NCBI GenBank assembly: GCA_965261545.1
Contig: CBDHDF010000010.1
Location: 384,001-448,000, forward strand
Length of the DNA stretch: 64,000 bases
Origin: Bdellovibrionales bacterium
GTDB lineage: Bacteria > Bdellovibrionota > Bdellovibrionia > Bdellovibrionales > UBA1609
Reading direction: 5' to 3'
The position numbers and the translations under genes are program-made. Under the pieces are notes generated by a model. It saw nothing but the letters and a program-made list of their open reading frames with translations. It made no database searches and had not been told where the DNA came from. Of the stretch, positions 11,043 to 22,312 are shown in pieces; the stretch's first letter is position 1; the number at the start of each line of letters is the position of its first letter.

Positions 11043-12575
11043 ATGTTAAAAGATGTGCGTAAACCCTTAAGTTTAAAAACTCTCATGGCCTACGTCATTT
11101 TTGGCATGATTTGCCTCACATTTGTCTTTGTGGGACTTGGGGACGGCAGGCTGGGAAGCAGTGCCGCTGGGGGAGCGGCAGCCATAGTCAATGGTTCTGT
11201 GATCTCCATCGCAGAATTCCTTAAAAGAGTCCAGGCCCAAGAAGAGCAATTCAGCATGTTTTTCCAAAATCTTTCCCCCACCATGCGACGCGAACAATCA
11301 AAGGCCCTACGAGTCCGTGTTCTCGATGGGTTAATACGCAGTGAGTTGATGACCCAATTGGCTATGGAGACAGGTCTCACGGCCTCAAATACTGAGATAT
11401 TGAACTTTATTTTACATGAAGATGAAATGAAGTTTCTCCAAAAAAATGGTCAATTTCAACCCGAAATATACGAAAGGTTTTTACAAGTAAGTCGAATGAC
11501 AGCGGGGGCCTTCGAGAACAAAGTTCGCAAGGTGTTGCTTTCTCAAAAACTCCAAGAAGCCTTTTCTCAAGCCCTCCAGGCTTCTCATCTTGAACTCCAA
11601 AAACAGCAGGAGGTCAAAGACTCAAAAATGAAGCTCAGCTTTGTCACCTTTAGCAGCGAGGACATCAAGAAGAAATACCACCCCCAAGCCCATGAAGTGG
11701 AGGATTTTCTCAAAAACTCCTCTGAGACTGTGCAGAATTATTACGACACCCATGGAAGTGAATTCACCTCGGGGGAGCAAGTCAAGGCCAAGCATATCCT
11801 CATTAAGACAAAGCCCGGTGACAAAGAGTCAGAATCCCAGGCTTTAGAAAAAATCAAATCTTTAGCAGGTAGAGCCAAAACGGAGGATTTTGGGAAACTG
11901 GCCCTGGAATTTAGCGAAGACCCTGGCTCAAAAGCCAAAAAAGGAGATTTGGGATACTTTTCCCGTGGAACCATGATGCCCGCCTTTGACAAAGCCGCCT
12001 TCTCAGGAGTTGTTGGTGAAGTCAGCAAACCCATTAAAACTCCCTATGGGTACCACATTGTCAAGGTGGAAGATAAAAAGGCCACTGAAAAACAACCCTT
12101 TGAATCTGTGAAAGACCAAATTGTCAATAAGTTGATAGCAAAAAATGCTGTTTTCAACATCATAGAAAGCTTGCGTGAGAAACTCAAAAACCAAAACGAG
12201 CCTGAAGTTCAGAAGTTTATTCGCAACTATAAACTGAAGTGGGAAGATACGGGGGAATTCTCCATAGATCGCAATAATATTCCAAAAATAGGCTTGGGAG
12301 ATACTATATACAAGGCCCTTTTGGAAAAACCTCCCTCCCAACAACAAGGAAAACTTCTCAAAACCCTCGTGGAATCCAATGGCAAGCTCTATGTTATTAA
12401 GGTGGCCAAAGTCAAAAAAGTATCTTTTTCAAAAGAATCACCGAAGAGGTCTTTTAAGTCACAACGACAAACCGAAGGTCAACCACTTGCTGGGCAAAGT
12501 GCCCTTGAAGCATGGCTAAGCGAACGAGAAAAAACAGCAAGCGTTCAAAGAAATCATAGCCTTGCCACTCAATAA
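11043..12575 (+). CDS. PpiD/SurA-like membrane-anchored parvulin PPIase chaperone
   Basis: N-terminal TM, SurA_N-like region, rotamase motifs KHILI, SEDPGS, GDLGYF, TPYGYHIVKV. Confidence 0.85.
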   Translation: MLKDVRKPLSLKTLMAYVIFGMICLTFVFVGLGDGRLGSSAAGGAAAIVNGSVISIAEFLKRVQAQEEQFSMFFQNLSPTMRREQSKALRVRVLDGLIRSELMTQLAMETGLTASNTEILNFILHEDEMKFLQKNGQFQPEIYERFLQVSRMTAGAFENKVRKVLLSQKLQEAFSQALQASHLELQKQQEVKDSKMKLSFVTFSSEDIKKKYHPQAHEVEDFLKNSSETVQNYYDTHGSEFTSGEQVKAKHILIKTKPGDKESESQALEKIKSLAGRAKTEDFGKLALEFSEDPGSKAKKGDLGYFSRGTMMPAFDKAAFSGVVGEVSKPIKTPYGYHIVKVEDKKATEKQPFESVKDQIVNKLIAKNAVFNIIESLREKLKNQNEPEVQKFIRNYKLKWEDTGEFSIDRNNIPKIGLGDTIYKALLEKPPSQQQGKLLKTLVESNGKLYVIKVAKVKKVSFSKESPKRSFKSQRQTEGQPLAGQSALEAWLSEREKTASVQRNHSLATQ

Positions 12576-12710
12576 AATAACCCAAGCATTCAAAATCAAA
12601 GTCAAAGTCACAATATCACTATCTATTCATTCCATTCTTCCGTGGAGCCTTCTGCCCATTGGTGAGTCAAACCCATTGTGTGGTGAGTAAAAAGCAAGTG
12701 TCAGTCAAAA

Positions 12711-14795
12711 TCAGATGGCAGGCTTACTCACCTTCTTTTGCTTTTGAGGTGCCACAATGGCAGTGTTTTGATCTATAGCAATCGTGCTGTCATCAAGAGC
12801 CATCGTATTAAAATCCAATGATTTACGACCCGCCCTCTTTTTGAGAATAATAACCAGTATCACGGCCGCAATGAGCAGAAGCCCCCCGGCAACAAGTGTC
12901 ATCAAATCGTCCTTTTTTCCCTCAGCTTTGATCTTGTCGGTATCTTTAGAAGTAACTTTTCCATTATCCCCCGGCATTTGCTCTGAGGAAGCAGGTGCAG
13001 CAGGTCTCGATTTTTTTCCCTCCCCACCACTCAAAAAGGCAGCACTGCCAGGGCCTGCGGGCGGTGGAACCTGGGCCTGGGACTCAGGAAGAGAGGGCGG
13101 TGGTGGAACCGCTTCACCCAAGTCTGCGGGAGGCGGCGGAGTCGCTTCACCCAAGTCTGAGGGAGGAGGTGGAGTTGCTTCACCCAAATCTGCGGGAGGT
13201 GGAGTCGTCCCTCCAAAACCTGCGGAATCCCCTGGTCCAGGAGTTGGCAGCGCATCGCTACTAAGCCCCTGGGGTTGGCTTGCTTGAAGCGACGGATCTC
13301 CCCCCGATCCTCTTTGAGGCAAATTTGCAGGCTGGCCTGCTGGCGGCTCTGCTGGCTGACCTCCTTGGGGCACGAACTGGCTTGCCGACTCTGGAAGAGA
13401 GGGCGGTGGTAGTGGAGTCGCTTCACCCAAATGTGCGGAATCCCCCGGCGCAGGAGCTGGTAACCCACCATTACCAAGATCCTCTTGGGGCAAGCTTGCC
13501 TGCGGATCAGGAAGAGGGGGAGGTGAAGTTTCTTGAACCAAGTTCGTTTTCGTTGGGGGGGCCAAAGATTCCAATGGTTTTGAAGAGGCCACTGAAGGAG
13601 CGCTTATACCATTGGGCCAATACTTTAACTCGATTCCCGCAGAAATTTGACCTTTAGATTCCACATGAGGATTTGTCGCCCAAATTTCTTTCCAACTATC
13701 TTTGTCACCAAGAAGTTTCATGGAAACAGCCCGAATGTTATCCTTCTCCTGTGAGGTGTAGGCTTTAGAGGGAATATTAAAGTCTTCATAATACACAAGT
13801 ATTTGATTCTGATCATTGGGCCTTTGGGGAGAGTTGTAGTAAACTTTGTCTCCCACTTTAGGGCCCCTCATCAAAGTTGGGTTCACACGAAGTAGTTCTT
13901 GCTCTCGATCACTTGTGCCATAAATTTTTGTGGATACTGAATTTATACTATCGCCAGGTCTTACCAAGTAAACCCCATTGGCCAAAATACCATTCTTACG
14001 AAAAGGAGCTTGATATACTTTTTTTACAGGAACCCAAGTTTTTTGCATGGAAGTACCACTCACTTCAATCGCAGATGCTAGGCTTCGCTTTGCTTCACCT
14101 TCACTTGTTGCTTCGCTGAACCTGCCCTCCTCTTCTGAATCCATCTCCTCTTGCGCCAATTCTTCTTCGGAGTCTACCTCCCTCTCATCAAGTTTATTTT
14201 CGGTGACTTCATATTCATCCAGTTCACCTTCACCAAAACCTTCTTCGTCCCCATCATCAGCATCTCCGGAGGCCAAATCAGCGGCTTCTTCAGCGGCTTC
14301 CAAAACACCCTCATCAACTTGCTCGCTTCCTTCAGCAATACTCGTTTCTTCTTCATCAGGACTCTCATCCCAATCGTCCTCTTCTTCGGCAATGCTAACT
14401 TCTTCTCCATCAAGATCTTCATCCAAATCGTCCTCTTCTTCGGCAATGCTAACTTCCTCTCCATCAAGATCTTCATTCAAATCGTCCTCTTCTTCGGCAA
14501 TGCTAACTTCCTCTCCATCAAGATCTTCATCCCAATCGTCCTCTTCTTCAGCAATACTCGTTTCTTCTCCATCAAGATCTTCATCCAAATCGTCCTCTTC
14601 TTCGGCAAAACTAGCTCCGGCCTCATCAGACCCATCATCCCCTTCACCACTCTCAATATCTGTAGTATCAACCACCTTACTCAATTCAGCCTCAAAGTCC
14701 TTATCTAAGCCTTTATCTCTAAAAGAGCAGCTATTAAGTGCAAATATCGCCAGTGATGCCGCAACAGTAAGAAGCAAGTGAAACCTAAGAAACAT
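12711..14795 (-). CDS. Lipoprotein with acidic repeats, LysM-like domain(s), Pro-rich stalk and C-terminal TM helix
   Basis: Start at ATG 14795 with GAGGA RBS; lipobox-like LNSC at Cys23; YLVRPGDSINSVSTKIYG LysM-like segment; TM LVAGGLLLIAAVILVIIL followed by KKRAGRK. Confidence 0.7.
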   Translation of the reverse strand: MFLRFHLLLTVAASLAIFALNSCSFRDKGLDKDFEAELSKVVDTTDIESGEGDDGSDEAGASFAEEEDDLDEDLDGEETSIAEEEDDWDEDLDGEEVSIAEEEDDLNEDLDGEEVSIAEEEDDLDEDLDGEEVSIAEEEDDWDESPDEEETSIAEGSEQVDEGVLEAAEEAADLASGDADDGDEEGFGEGELDEYEVTENKLDEREVDSEEELAQEEMDSEEEGRFSEATSEGEAKRSLASAIEVSGTSMQKTWVPVKKVYQAPFRKNGILANGVYLVRPGDSINSVSTKIYGTSDREQELLRVNPTLMRGPKVGDKVYYNSPQRPNDQNQILVYYEDFNIPSKAYTSQEKDNIRAVSMKLLGDKDSWKEIWATNPHVESKGQISAGIELKYWPNGISAPSVASSKPLESLAPPTKTNLVQETSPPPLPDPQASLPQEDLGNGGLPAPAPGDSAHLGEATPLPPPSLPESASQFVPQGGQPAEPPAGQPANLPQRGSGGDPSLQASQPQGLSSDALPTPGPGDSAGFGGTTPPPADLGEATPPPPSDLGEATPPPPADLGEAVPPPPSLPESQAQVPPPAGPGSAAFLSGGEGKKSRPAAPASSEQMPGDNGKVTSKDTDKIKAEGKKDDLMTLVAGGLLLIAAVILVIILKKRAGRKSLDFNTMALDDSTIAIDQNTAIVAPQKQKKVSKPAI
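14334..14603 (-). repeat. Coding tandem repeat, 5 x 54 bp (EEEDDxxExxDxEExSIA)
   Basis: Five consecutive 18-aa units, also visible in the DNA. Confidence 0.9.
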
Positions 14796-14824
14796 AATTT
14801 TATCCTCTTTTTTAGTTAAAGAAG

Positions 14825-14840
14825 ACTTCGTTAACGAAGT
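14825..14840. promoter_or_regulatory. Perfect 16-bp palindrome ACTTCGTTAACGAAGT upstream of the LysM gene
   Basis: Palindrome seen directly ~30 bp upstream of ATG 14795; function inferred. Confidence 0.35.
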
Positions 14841-15213
14841 TTTCATCTCACACAAAATATCTAGATTTATTTTAGCGGACATATCACTTTGAGTAAAGTT
14901 TAAGTAAAAAATGAATCCACTCAAAACAGCAATATTAGACATAAGATGGGATCTTAGAAGTTAATCCTAACAACTGGCAGAGATCGAGGACTTCCCAAAG
15001 CACACAACCCCACGACTATAGTTGAGGTTATGGATCAGGTATGGTGAGTTTTTTAATAATGCAATGTAGTCAAATAAAGATTCACAGATGCAACCCTTTC
15101 TTCAATTGACTCTCTTTGTAATACAGTTTTAAATGAAACATTGTCCACACTGAGTGTGAGCAGTTCTTGCTAACCTCACACTCTTACACAAACCTTCACC
15201 TCATTTTTCTTAA

Positions 15214-16269
<1,056 letters not shown>

Positions 16270-16357
16270 GTTAGATCCGTTGAAATTGAATAAGTTGACC
16301 CCGTTGAGTAAACTGAACCCACTGACATTGAAGAATATGATTTAAGGTGAGGTAGTT

Positions 16358-16903
16358 ATGAAATTTTTGTTCTTTTTATACTTAACCCTTCTTTCCCTAT
16401 CCGTGGCTTCAGCCCCTATTCCTGGAACCTCAAGTTCATCCTTTTTAAGATCTGATAGGGGACTGTTTTGGTCTCAGCATGGCTTTTCCGTTCACGCAGG
16501 AAAGACCTCTTGGCAACATAAAATTCCTACTGGTTCGAACAAATCCTTCATAGAAACTCTCTATAGCGCTCGCCACTCAGCCAACGGTGTTCAAGCAAGC
16601 CTTACTGTGAGAGTCGACAAACTTAAAGAAAAAATGAGTCTTACAAGATATGCACATCAGTGGAAAAAAGACTACCCCCGTCTTGGCTTTAATGTTGTAC
16701 TGGCCAAGTCCTTTTCCCTAAAGAAAGAAAAACTCTTCTTACTTGATATGGTCAACCCCAACACCAACCGCCAAGTTCGCCAATACCTTTTTCTAAAAAA
16801 CCAAAAGGCTGTTATTTTAACCTGCCGGGATCATACCGCCACTTTTCGCTCCTCGGTGGAAAGCTGCAATAGAATTGTAAGAAACTTCTCATGGGTAAAG
16901 TAA
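16358..16903 (+). CDS. Exported hypothetical protein
   Basis: Signal peptide, GAGG RBS, 181 aa. Confidence 0.7.
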   Translation: MKFLFFLYLTLLSLSVASAPIPGTSSSSFLRSDRGLFWSQHGFSVHAGKTSWQHKIPTGSNKSFIETLYSARHSANGVQASLTVRVDKLKEKMSLTRYAHQWKKDYPRLGFNVVLAKSFSLKKEKLFLLDMVNPNTNRQVRQYLFLKNQKAVILTCRDHTATFRSSVESCNRIVRNFSWVK

Positions 16904-17033
16904 GGTCGTAGGGTCATAAGAAAAAGAACCCCTTAATAAATTAGGGGCCCGTATAAGTAGAGATTTCTTGGTAAGTCGGGATTCCATGGCAAATAACGGA
17001 TATACCCCAAATAACCACTTCTCAGTAAGTTTC

Positions 17034-18233
17034 TCAGTAAATGCAAAAGGGACTCCTTGCGACTCTCCACTTTTGTTCATCTTCACAGAGCCTCTGTTCG
17101 AGGTCATCCACACTGGCCCCAGGGTCTTCCACCCAATGTCTCAACTCCGATGAACCACTTAAAATATCAAAGGGCAAGTGTTTGGTTTCATACTCATAAG
17201 GAGGAGGTTTCCATAAATCAAACTCTGGAAACTCCCTTCGTGTGGCTTTGAGCAAAAGAGCTACAAGGCGATAGGGGTGAAATTCTTGAGGCTGAAACCC
17301 AGAAATATCCACGTGGATTTGAATCCCTGAACATAGCTTTCCACAATGTTTTTGAAAAGTCGGCTCAAAAAAACAAGGGCGCAAAAGGCAGGACTTCATC
17401 CACTGAGGAGCCCACTCCTCCATGGTTTTAAGAACTCTTTGGGTGGGAAAGTCAGGCGCCCCTACCACTTCCAAGGGAACCGTCGTGCCACGCCCCTCAG
17501 ATAAGTGAGTTCCCTCTAACAAAACCGTTCCTGGATAAATATGGGTGCCAAGAACCCTGGGGAGATTGGGGCTGGGATTCACCCAAGTTCGCCGGGGGTC
17601 CCAACCGTATAAGGGAGAAGTTTCCATACTGTAGCCTGACATTTCGACAACATGGTATTCCAAATTCAAGTTGCGGTGGGCTTTGTACCATAGCCCTGCC
17701 TCGCCCAAGGTCAAACCATGGCGCATAGCTATGGGGGCGGCCCCCACAAAGCTCTCATAATTCATATCCAGAAGAAGCCCTTCCACCCCTCGTCCTGCGG
17801 GATTGGGACGGTCCAAGACATAAACGGCCTTTCCCTGCCGGGCACTATCCTCCATGACATAAAATAAAGTTGTCAGAAAAGTGTAAATTCGGCAGCCTAC
17901 ATCTTGAATATCCACCAATAAAGCGTCAAAATGATCCATCATCTCGGGAGTAAAGTGTCGAACCTTTCCATACAAACTGTACACAGGAATATTATAGAAA
18001 GAATCATACTCGTCACCACTTTCAACCATATTGTCTTGCTTATCGCCTCGAAAACCATGTTGAGGTCCAAAAGCCACCGAGATATGAAGGCCGGCATGAC
18101 AAAGTAAATCCATGGAGTGCTGAAGAGTCTTATTCACAGAGGCGGGATGGGCCAATAAGCCCATCCTCTGTCCAGAAAGTTTCTTAAGAGTTTGTGAGTC
18201 TTTAAGAAGTTGCTCTAAACCAAAGGACAACAT
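17034..18233 (-). CDS. namZ: Exo-beta-N-acetylmuramidase NamZ family (DUF1343)
   Basis: FGPQHG, DIQDVGCRIYTF, LDRPNP, RHGLTLGE, NPSPN, SEGRGT. Confidence 0.88.
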   Translation of the reverse strand: MLSFGLEQLLKDSQTLKKLSGQRMGLLAHPASVNKTLQHSMDLLCHAGLHISVAFGPQHGFRGDKQDNMVESGDEYDSFYNIPVYSLYGKVRHFTPEMMDHFDALLVDIQDVGCRIYTFLTTLFYVMEDSARQGKAVYVLDRPNPAGRGVEGLLLDMNYESFVGAAPIAMRHGLTLGEAGLWYKAHRNLNLEYHVVEMSGYSMETSPLYGWDPRRTWVNPSPNLPRVLGTHIYPGTVLLEGTHLSEGRGTTVPLEVVGAPDFPTQRVLKTMEEWAPQWMKSCLLRPCFFEPTFQKHCGKLCSGIQIHVDISGFQPQEFHPYRLVALLLKATRREFPEFDLWKPPPYEYETKHLPFDILSGSSELRHWVEDPGASVDDLEQRLCEDEQKWRVARSPFCIY

Positions 18234-18372
18234 CTTTTGATTATGTCACTTCAAGTTCCCATCTTCAAGGCTGAAGCTCCCCAAAAAAGGAAGTTCTTTG
18301 AATTGAGAAATATGAGACCAAAGCGTCCCCAGAAGGGTGACCATTGAAAACGAAACACAGATATTATCAAGC

Positions 18373-19269
18373 TTAGGGCTGTATCACTTGATAACCATAG
18401 AGATACTCACTTTGGGGCCCCATCATGATAAACTTGGCTTTGGCCACAGGATTGTTCTCTTTGTCGAGAAGCTCATAGACCTTTTCACGAAGTTCCTCCT
18501 GGCCACTCTCTGTGGAAGACTCCTCAAGAAAAACCAATTGAGTGACTTTCTTTGGAAAAATAAATCTATAGGAACTAAAAAAGTCCATGGGAGTCATCTT
18601 AAGCATGCCCTCTGTGGACTCCATAGGTCCCTTAGATTCTGATTCTCTAGGTTGTTCCATGCTCATGCTGGAAATGTTACCGTGGGGTGGAACCTCCTCC
18701 TGGGATTTATGGGATTCATGGGCCCTTTTTGACTTATAGCGCATACTCCGCAAATAATGATCTATATCATCAAATTGAAACACATAGCTCTTTCGATAAT
18801 CTAAGAAGTCTCCGTATAAAAAATGATCCTCAGATGTGGGCTTCTTTCCAACAACGGCAGAGGGTCGTCCATGGGGCCTGGCCAACTCATCCATCAGATC
18901 CTCTTGTTTGACCACCAACCCATTGGTTTCTTGACTGGCAATATGACGACCACCTGAAGAAGGTGCCTTGTGAATCACATAGACATCGCTCACTTTCTTC
19001 TCCCTATGGAAGGAGACATTGAAGAGAGTTACAAGTAAAATAACAAAAACCAAGGATGTATAAGCTGTCACTCTTTTGTGTTCAAACTCAAAGTGAAACC
19101 CACTTTTCACCCCTTGGGCCACCTCTCCTTCATTTTCATTCCCAACATGGGAACTCCTCCCCTCAGAGAAGTGAGCCTGTGAAATTTCAATCACATTATG
19201 ACCTTTGGACTTATCGTCCGGCTCTGCCTTGTCACAACCATTTTTCTTCATTCCCACTGTTCCCCTCAC
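18373..19269 (-). CDS. Hypothetical single-pass membrane protein
   Basis: 298-aa ORF with one TM segment; start uncertain. Confidence 0.6.
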   Translation of the reverse strand: MRGTVGMKKNGCDKAEPDDKSKGHNVIEISQAHFSEGRSSHVGNENEGEVAQGVKSGFHFEFEHKRVTAYTSLVFVILLVTLFNVSFHREKKVSDVYVIHKAPSSGGRHIASQETNGLVVKQEDLMDELARPHGRPSAVVGKKPTSEDHFLYGDFLDYRKSYVFQFDDIDHYLRSMRYKSKRAHESHKSQEEVPPHGNISSMSMEQPRESESKGPMESTEGMLKMTPMDFFSSYRFIFPKKVTQLVFLEESSTESGQEELREKVYELLDKENNPVAKAKFIMMGPQSEYLYGYQVIQP

Positions 19270-19575
19270 CCCTTGAGATCACCACCCAGAATTCGCAAAA
19301 CTTTCCCTCTCCCTTGTCATCACCAAAATCATTCCCCCCCACCATAATGATACGAAATCACAGGTATAGCTTTTCTCAGCCTCAGACTATGACTATCTTG
19401 TTCTTTTTCGGATGGGTGCCCCTAGAACTAGAGGAAAAGTCCTTCAATCTATCTCAAAGGCGAGGCCAGTTAGCCTTGTTTATTCCTAAGATCATAGAAA
19501 ATCCCACGACAGACCCTCTATATAAGAAAGCTTCAAAGAAGGTGATTTGTGGATAAAAATGTCTTAAAATAAAGT

Positions 19576-20796
19576 ATGTGGAAAATAAATAAACTCTCCT
19601 GTCCCTCCCACAAACTGACCACCACAAACACCCCGTGGCCAGCTTTCCAACATAAGAAGGCTATACCCTTTTCAAAATCCTTTTCAAAAAGAAAAAACTT
19701 CAGTCTCAGTCTTGCAACACTCTTAGCCGCCCTCATAGCCCTTTGGCTCCACACAACCTTTTGGCCCCTTATCCCCATGGCCAGAGGTAACGAAAGTGGA
19801 AAGAATAAACAGAAAGCCTCAGATCAAGCCTCCAAGCACATAAAGTCACTACAATTAGCTATAACTAAAGCTCAATCCCTTGCCCAGAAAAAGAAGTGGA
19901 AAAAAGCGATTGCCCTCCTTGAACCCTTGGCAGATGAGCTTCCTGAAAGTGCCCTGCTCCAGTTATCAAGTTACTGCAAAGCCATTAAGGATTTTCCCTC
20001 CGAAATAAGACACCTCAACACTCTCATCAAAAAGCGCCCCCAACGAATGATTTACCACTTTCGGCGCGGCCACTCCTACAGTCAAATGCGTTCCCAACGA
20101 AAATTAGAGCAAAAAAAAATGAACCAAAAAGCTGTGACAAGCCTACGCAAAGCCATAGAAATCCAACCCTCATTCAAGTCCTCCTACACTTCCCTCCTAA
20201 ATATCTTCCAACGCAGTAAAAACCACTTTGAAGCTCGCACCCTTGTTATGGAAATGATTCATCGCTTTGGAGACAATCCCCAGTATTTCACAGAGTTATG
20301 TCACTTATATCTCATAGATGGTTATATTGATGATGGAATACGAATATGCAAAGAGGCAACCCACCGAGATCCCAAGGAGCCTAAAAACCATATTCTCTTG
20401 GCCAAGGGGTATATGAGTCAGGGCGAAGAAAGCAAAGCTGAAGCCGTGCTTATGCAGGCCTCAAAATCAAAAATCTTAGGCCGCTCCACTGAAGTACAGG
20501 AGGCCAACGGAAAGCACTACTTAGATAAAAAGAGCTTTACAGTTGCCTCTAAGTACTTTCAAAAAGCCATCGCCATCGACCCTAAGCACTGGGCCTCCCA
20601 CTTGGGTTTAGCCACAAGTTATTTTGGACGTCAAAAATACACGAAAGCACTGGCCTCTTACGTAAAAGCTTGCCAGTTGAGTCGCTCCACCATCAAACCC
20701 TATCGCTTAGCTATTACAAGGCTACGAAAACTCAATAAAATGAAGATGGCTAACAAATACGAAAGTCAAACATACAAGTGCACCACTCAACTTTAG
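19576..20796 (+). CDS. Tetratricopeptide-repeat protein, probably exported
   Basis: Hydrophobic segment near the N-terminus, repeated A..L.KAI.I.P-type helices; start uncertain. Confidence 0.75.
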   Translation: MWKINKLSCPSHKLTTTNTPWPAFQHKKAIPFSKSFSKRKNFSLSLATLLAALIALWLHTTFWPLIPMARGNESGKNKQKASDQASKHIKSLQLAITKAQSLAQKKKWKKAIALLEPLADELPESALLQLSSYCKAIKDFPSEIRHLNTLIKKRPQRMIYHFRRGHSYSQMRSQRKLEQKKMNQKAVTSLRKAIEIQPSFKSSYTSLLNIFQRSKNHFEARTLVMEMIHRFGDNPQYFTELCHLYLIDGYIDDGIRICKEATHRDPKEPKNHILLAKGYMSQGEESKAEAVLMQASKSKILGRSTEVQEANGKHYLDKKSFTVASKYFQKAIAIDPKHWASHLGLATSYFGRQKYTKALASYVKACQLSRSTIKPYRLAITRLRKLNKMKMANKYESQTYKCTTQL

Positions 20797-20861
20797 GTGA
20801 AGTGATAGGCCATGAATACACAAATTTTAATTCTAACCCATGGCTACAAAGTCCAAGTCCA

Positions 20862-21260
20862 CTAAGCAGCACGACGCCGTGCTTCTGTAGGATCGATGTT
20901 GTACTGCTTAACTTTTCTGTAAAGAGTGGCTCGCCCAATTCCCAAAGCCTTGGAAGCCTCTGTAAGGTTCCCATTGAAAGCAAAAATAGCATTTCTAATG
21001 GCCACACTTTCAAGCTCATTGATCGTACAGACCTTGTTACGGCCGGCCCGAAAGGGTAAGACTGTTCCTCCCTCAGATTCTTGAGAGCTACCGCCCTCAC
21101 TGCCCTCATTGAAAGGCACAGATAACTGTGGAGATTTATTAGATTTCCACTGATCCATTGAGTAAGTCTCTATCTCTAAGTTGTGATTACAGGCAAAAGA
21201 CTTCGCACTTTCAATAACTCCATGGTCATCACTCACTAAAATAAGTACTGAATGCCTCAT
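20862..21260 (-). CDS. Fis-type HTH protein without AAA+ domain
   Basis: C-terminal GNLTEASKALGIGRATLYRKVK; GGAG RBS. Confidence 0.8.
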   Translation of the reverse strand: MRHSVLILVSDDHGVIESAKSFACNHNLEIETYSMDQWKSNKSPQLSVPFNEGSEGGSSQESEGGTVLPFRAGRNKVCTINELESVAIRNAIFAFNGNLTEASKALGIGRATLYRKVKQYNIDPTEARRRAA

Positions 21261-21606
21261 ATATAACTCCCATCTATATCTATAAAGATAAATAGTTGCA
21301 CTTTATTTTATTCTTTACTTTTTATTCTTTCTTTAATTAATCCTGAGGATATCCTATGAAATTCATCGGACTGTCATAGAAAAATAATGAGGCAAAAAAT
21401 CATTTTTTAAGGACTTTTGTCCTATAAGCCCAAGGAGCCACAGCAAAAAGCTCTCCATAGCATAGAAATGTTGTCATTGCAGCCTTATAGCAAAGCCTTA
21501 TTAATTGGAAGGTAAATTTCCCTTTCATAAGGAGCGTCTCAGAATGAGCCTTCAATACCTACAAGCCCCAATGGATAAATAAGCCGGAAACCAAACTTCT
21601 GCCAAT

Positions 21607-22077
21607 CTATCGGCCTCCATTTGCATTTGATTTAATATTAGTCTGCATCTTAGAAATCAACTGGACAGCCATCTTCTCATGAACCTTACACATTTTGAGT
21701 TCATCACTACGATAGGAGCGCTGGGAGGGAGTAAGAGCCCCTGTTTCAAGCTCCATTTCATAGTCCAACTTGTTGGCACGAATTCCTTCAAGCTCTTTGG
21801 TTTGCTGCTTAAAGAGTTTATTCACTCCACTTAAAGGAGCGACTTCCAACCAAGCCTCTTTCGCCTTATACCAACTAAGCATTCTGGAAAAGCGAGCCTT
21901 ATTTTTAGCCAGTGTAAAGATTGGGTACTGTGCTTCTTCCAATTCCAAAATATTTTCAATTCTATCAATCGCTAAAAGATCACTGTCGACCATATCCATC
22001 ATAGGAACCTGCGAATCCTGTGAATTTTCTACAGCCCCCACCTCATCACTTTTTATCACATCCATCGGTTCAATCAC
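21607..22077 (-). CDS. Hypothetical protein
   Basis: 156-aa ORF with GAGGAGG RBS. Confidence 0.7.
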   Translation of the reverse strand: MIEPMDVIKSDEVGAVENSQDSQVPMMDMVDSDLLAIDRIENILELEEAQYPIFTLAKNKARFSRMLSWYKAKEAWLEVAPLSGVNKLFKQQTKELEGIRANKLDYEMELETGALTPSQRSYRSDELKMCKVHEKMAVQLISKMQTNIKSNANGGR

Positions 22078-22312
22078 AATAACCTCCTCAATCTCACTAA
22101 AGGTACTATTTCTAAGGTAACTACCCTACCTTCTAAGGCACTCATTTTCTAAAGCATTATTCCAATCGTAAGTTACCCAACCTTAAATTATCCATTCCAA
22201 ATCTTAAGGTCTATTGCAAATTCACATGCAAATTCAAATAATTCAGACTATGATTCCCAACTCATACAACACTATAGCTATAAACTCAATGTTTGGGCGA
22301 ATACAATTTAAC

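Noticed and set aside
14334..14603. 54-bp repeats as a CRISPR array
   Set aside because: Contiguous in-frame coding repeats with no unique spacers; no cas genes in the window
14047..14781. Ser-rich 244-aa plus-strand ORF (also 14151-14708 and 12784-13287)
   Set aside because: Antisense shadows of the acidic and Pro-rich repeats in the LysM gene
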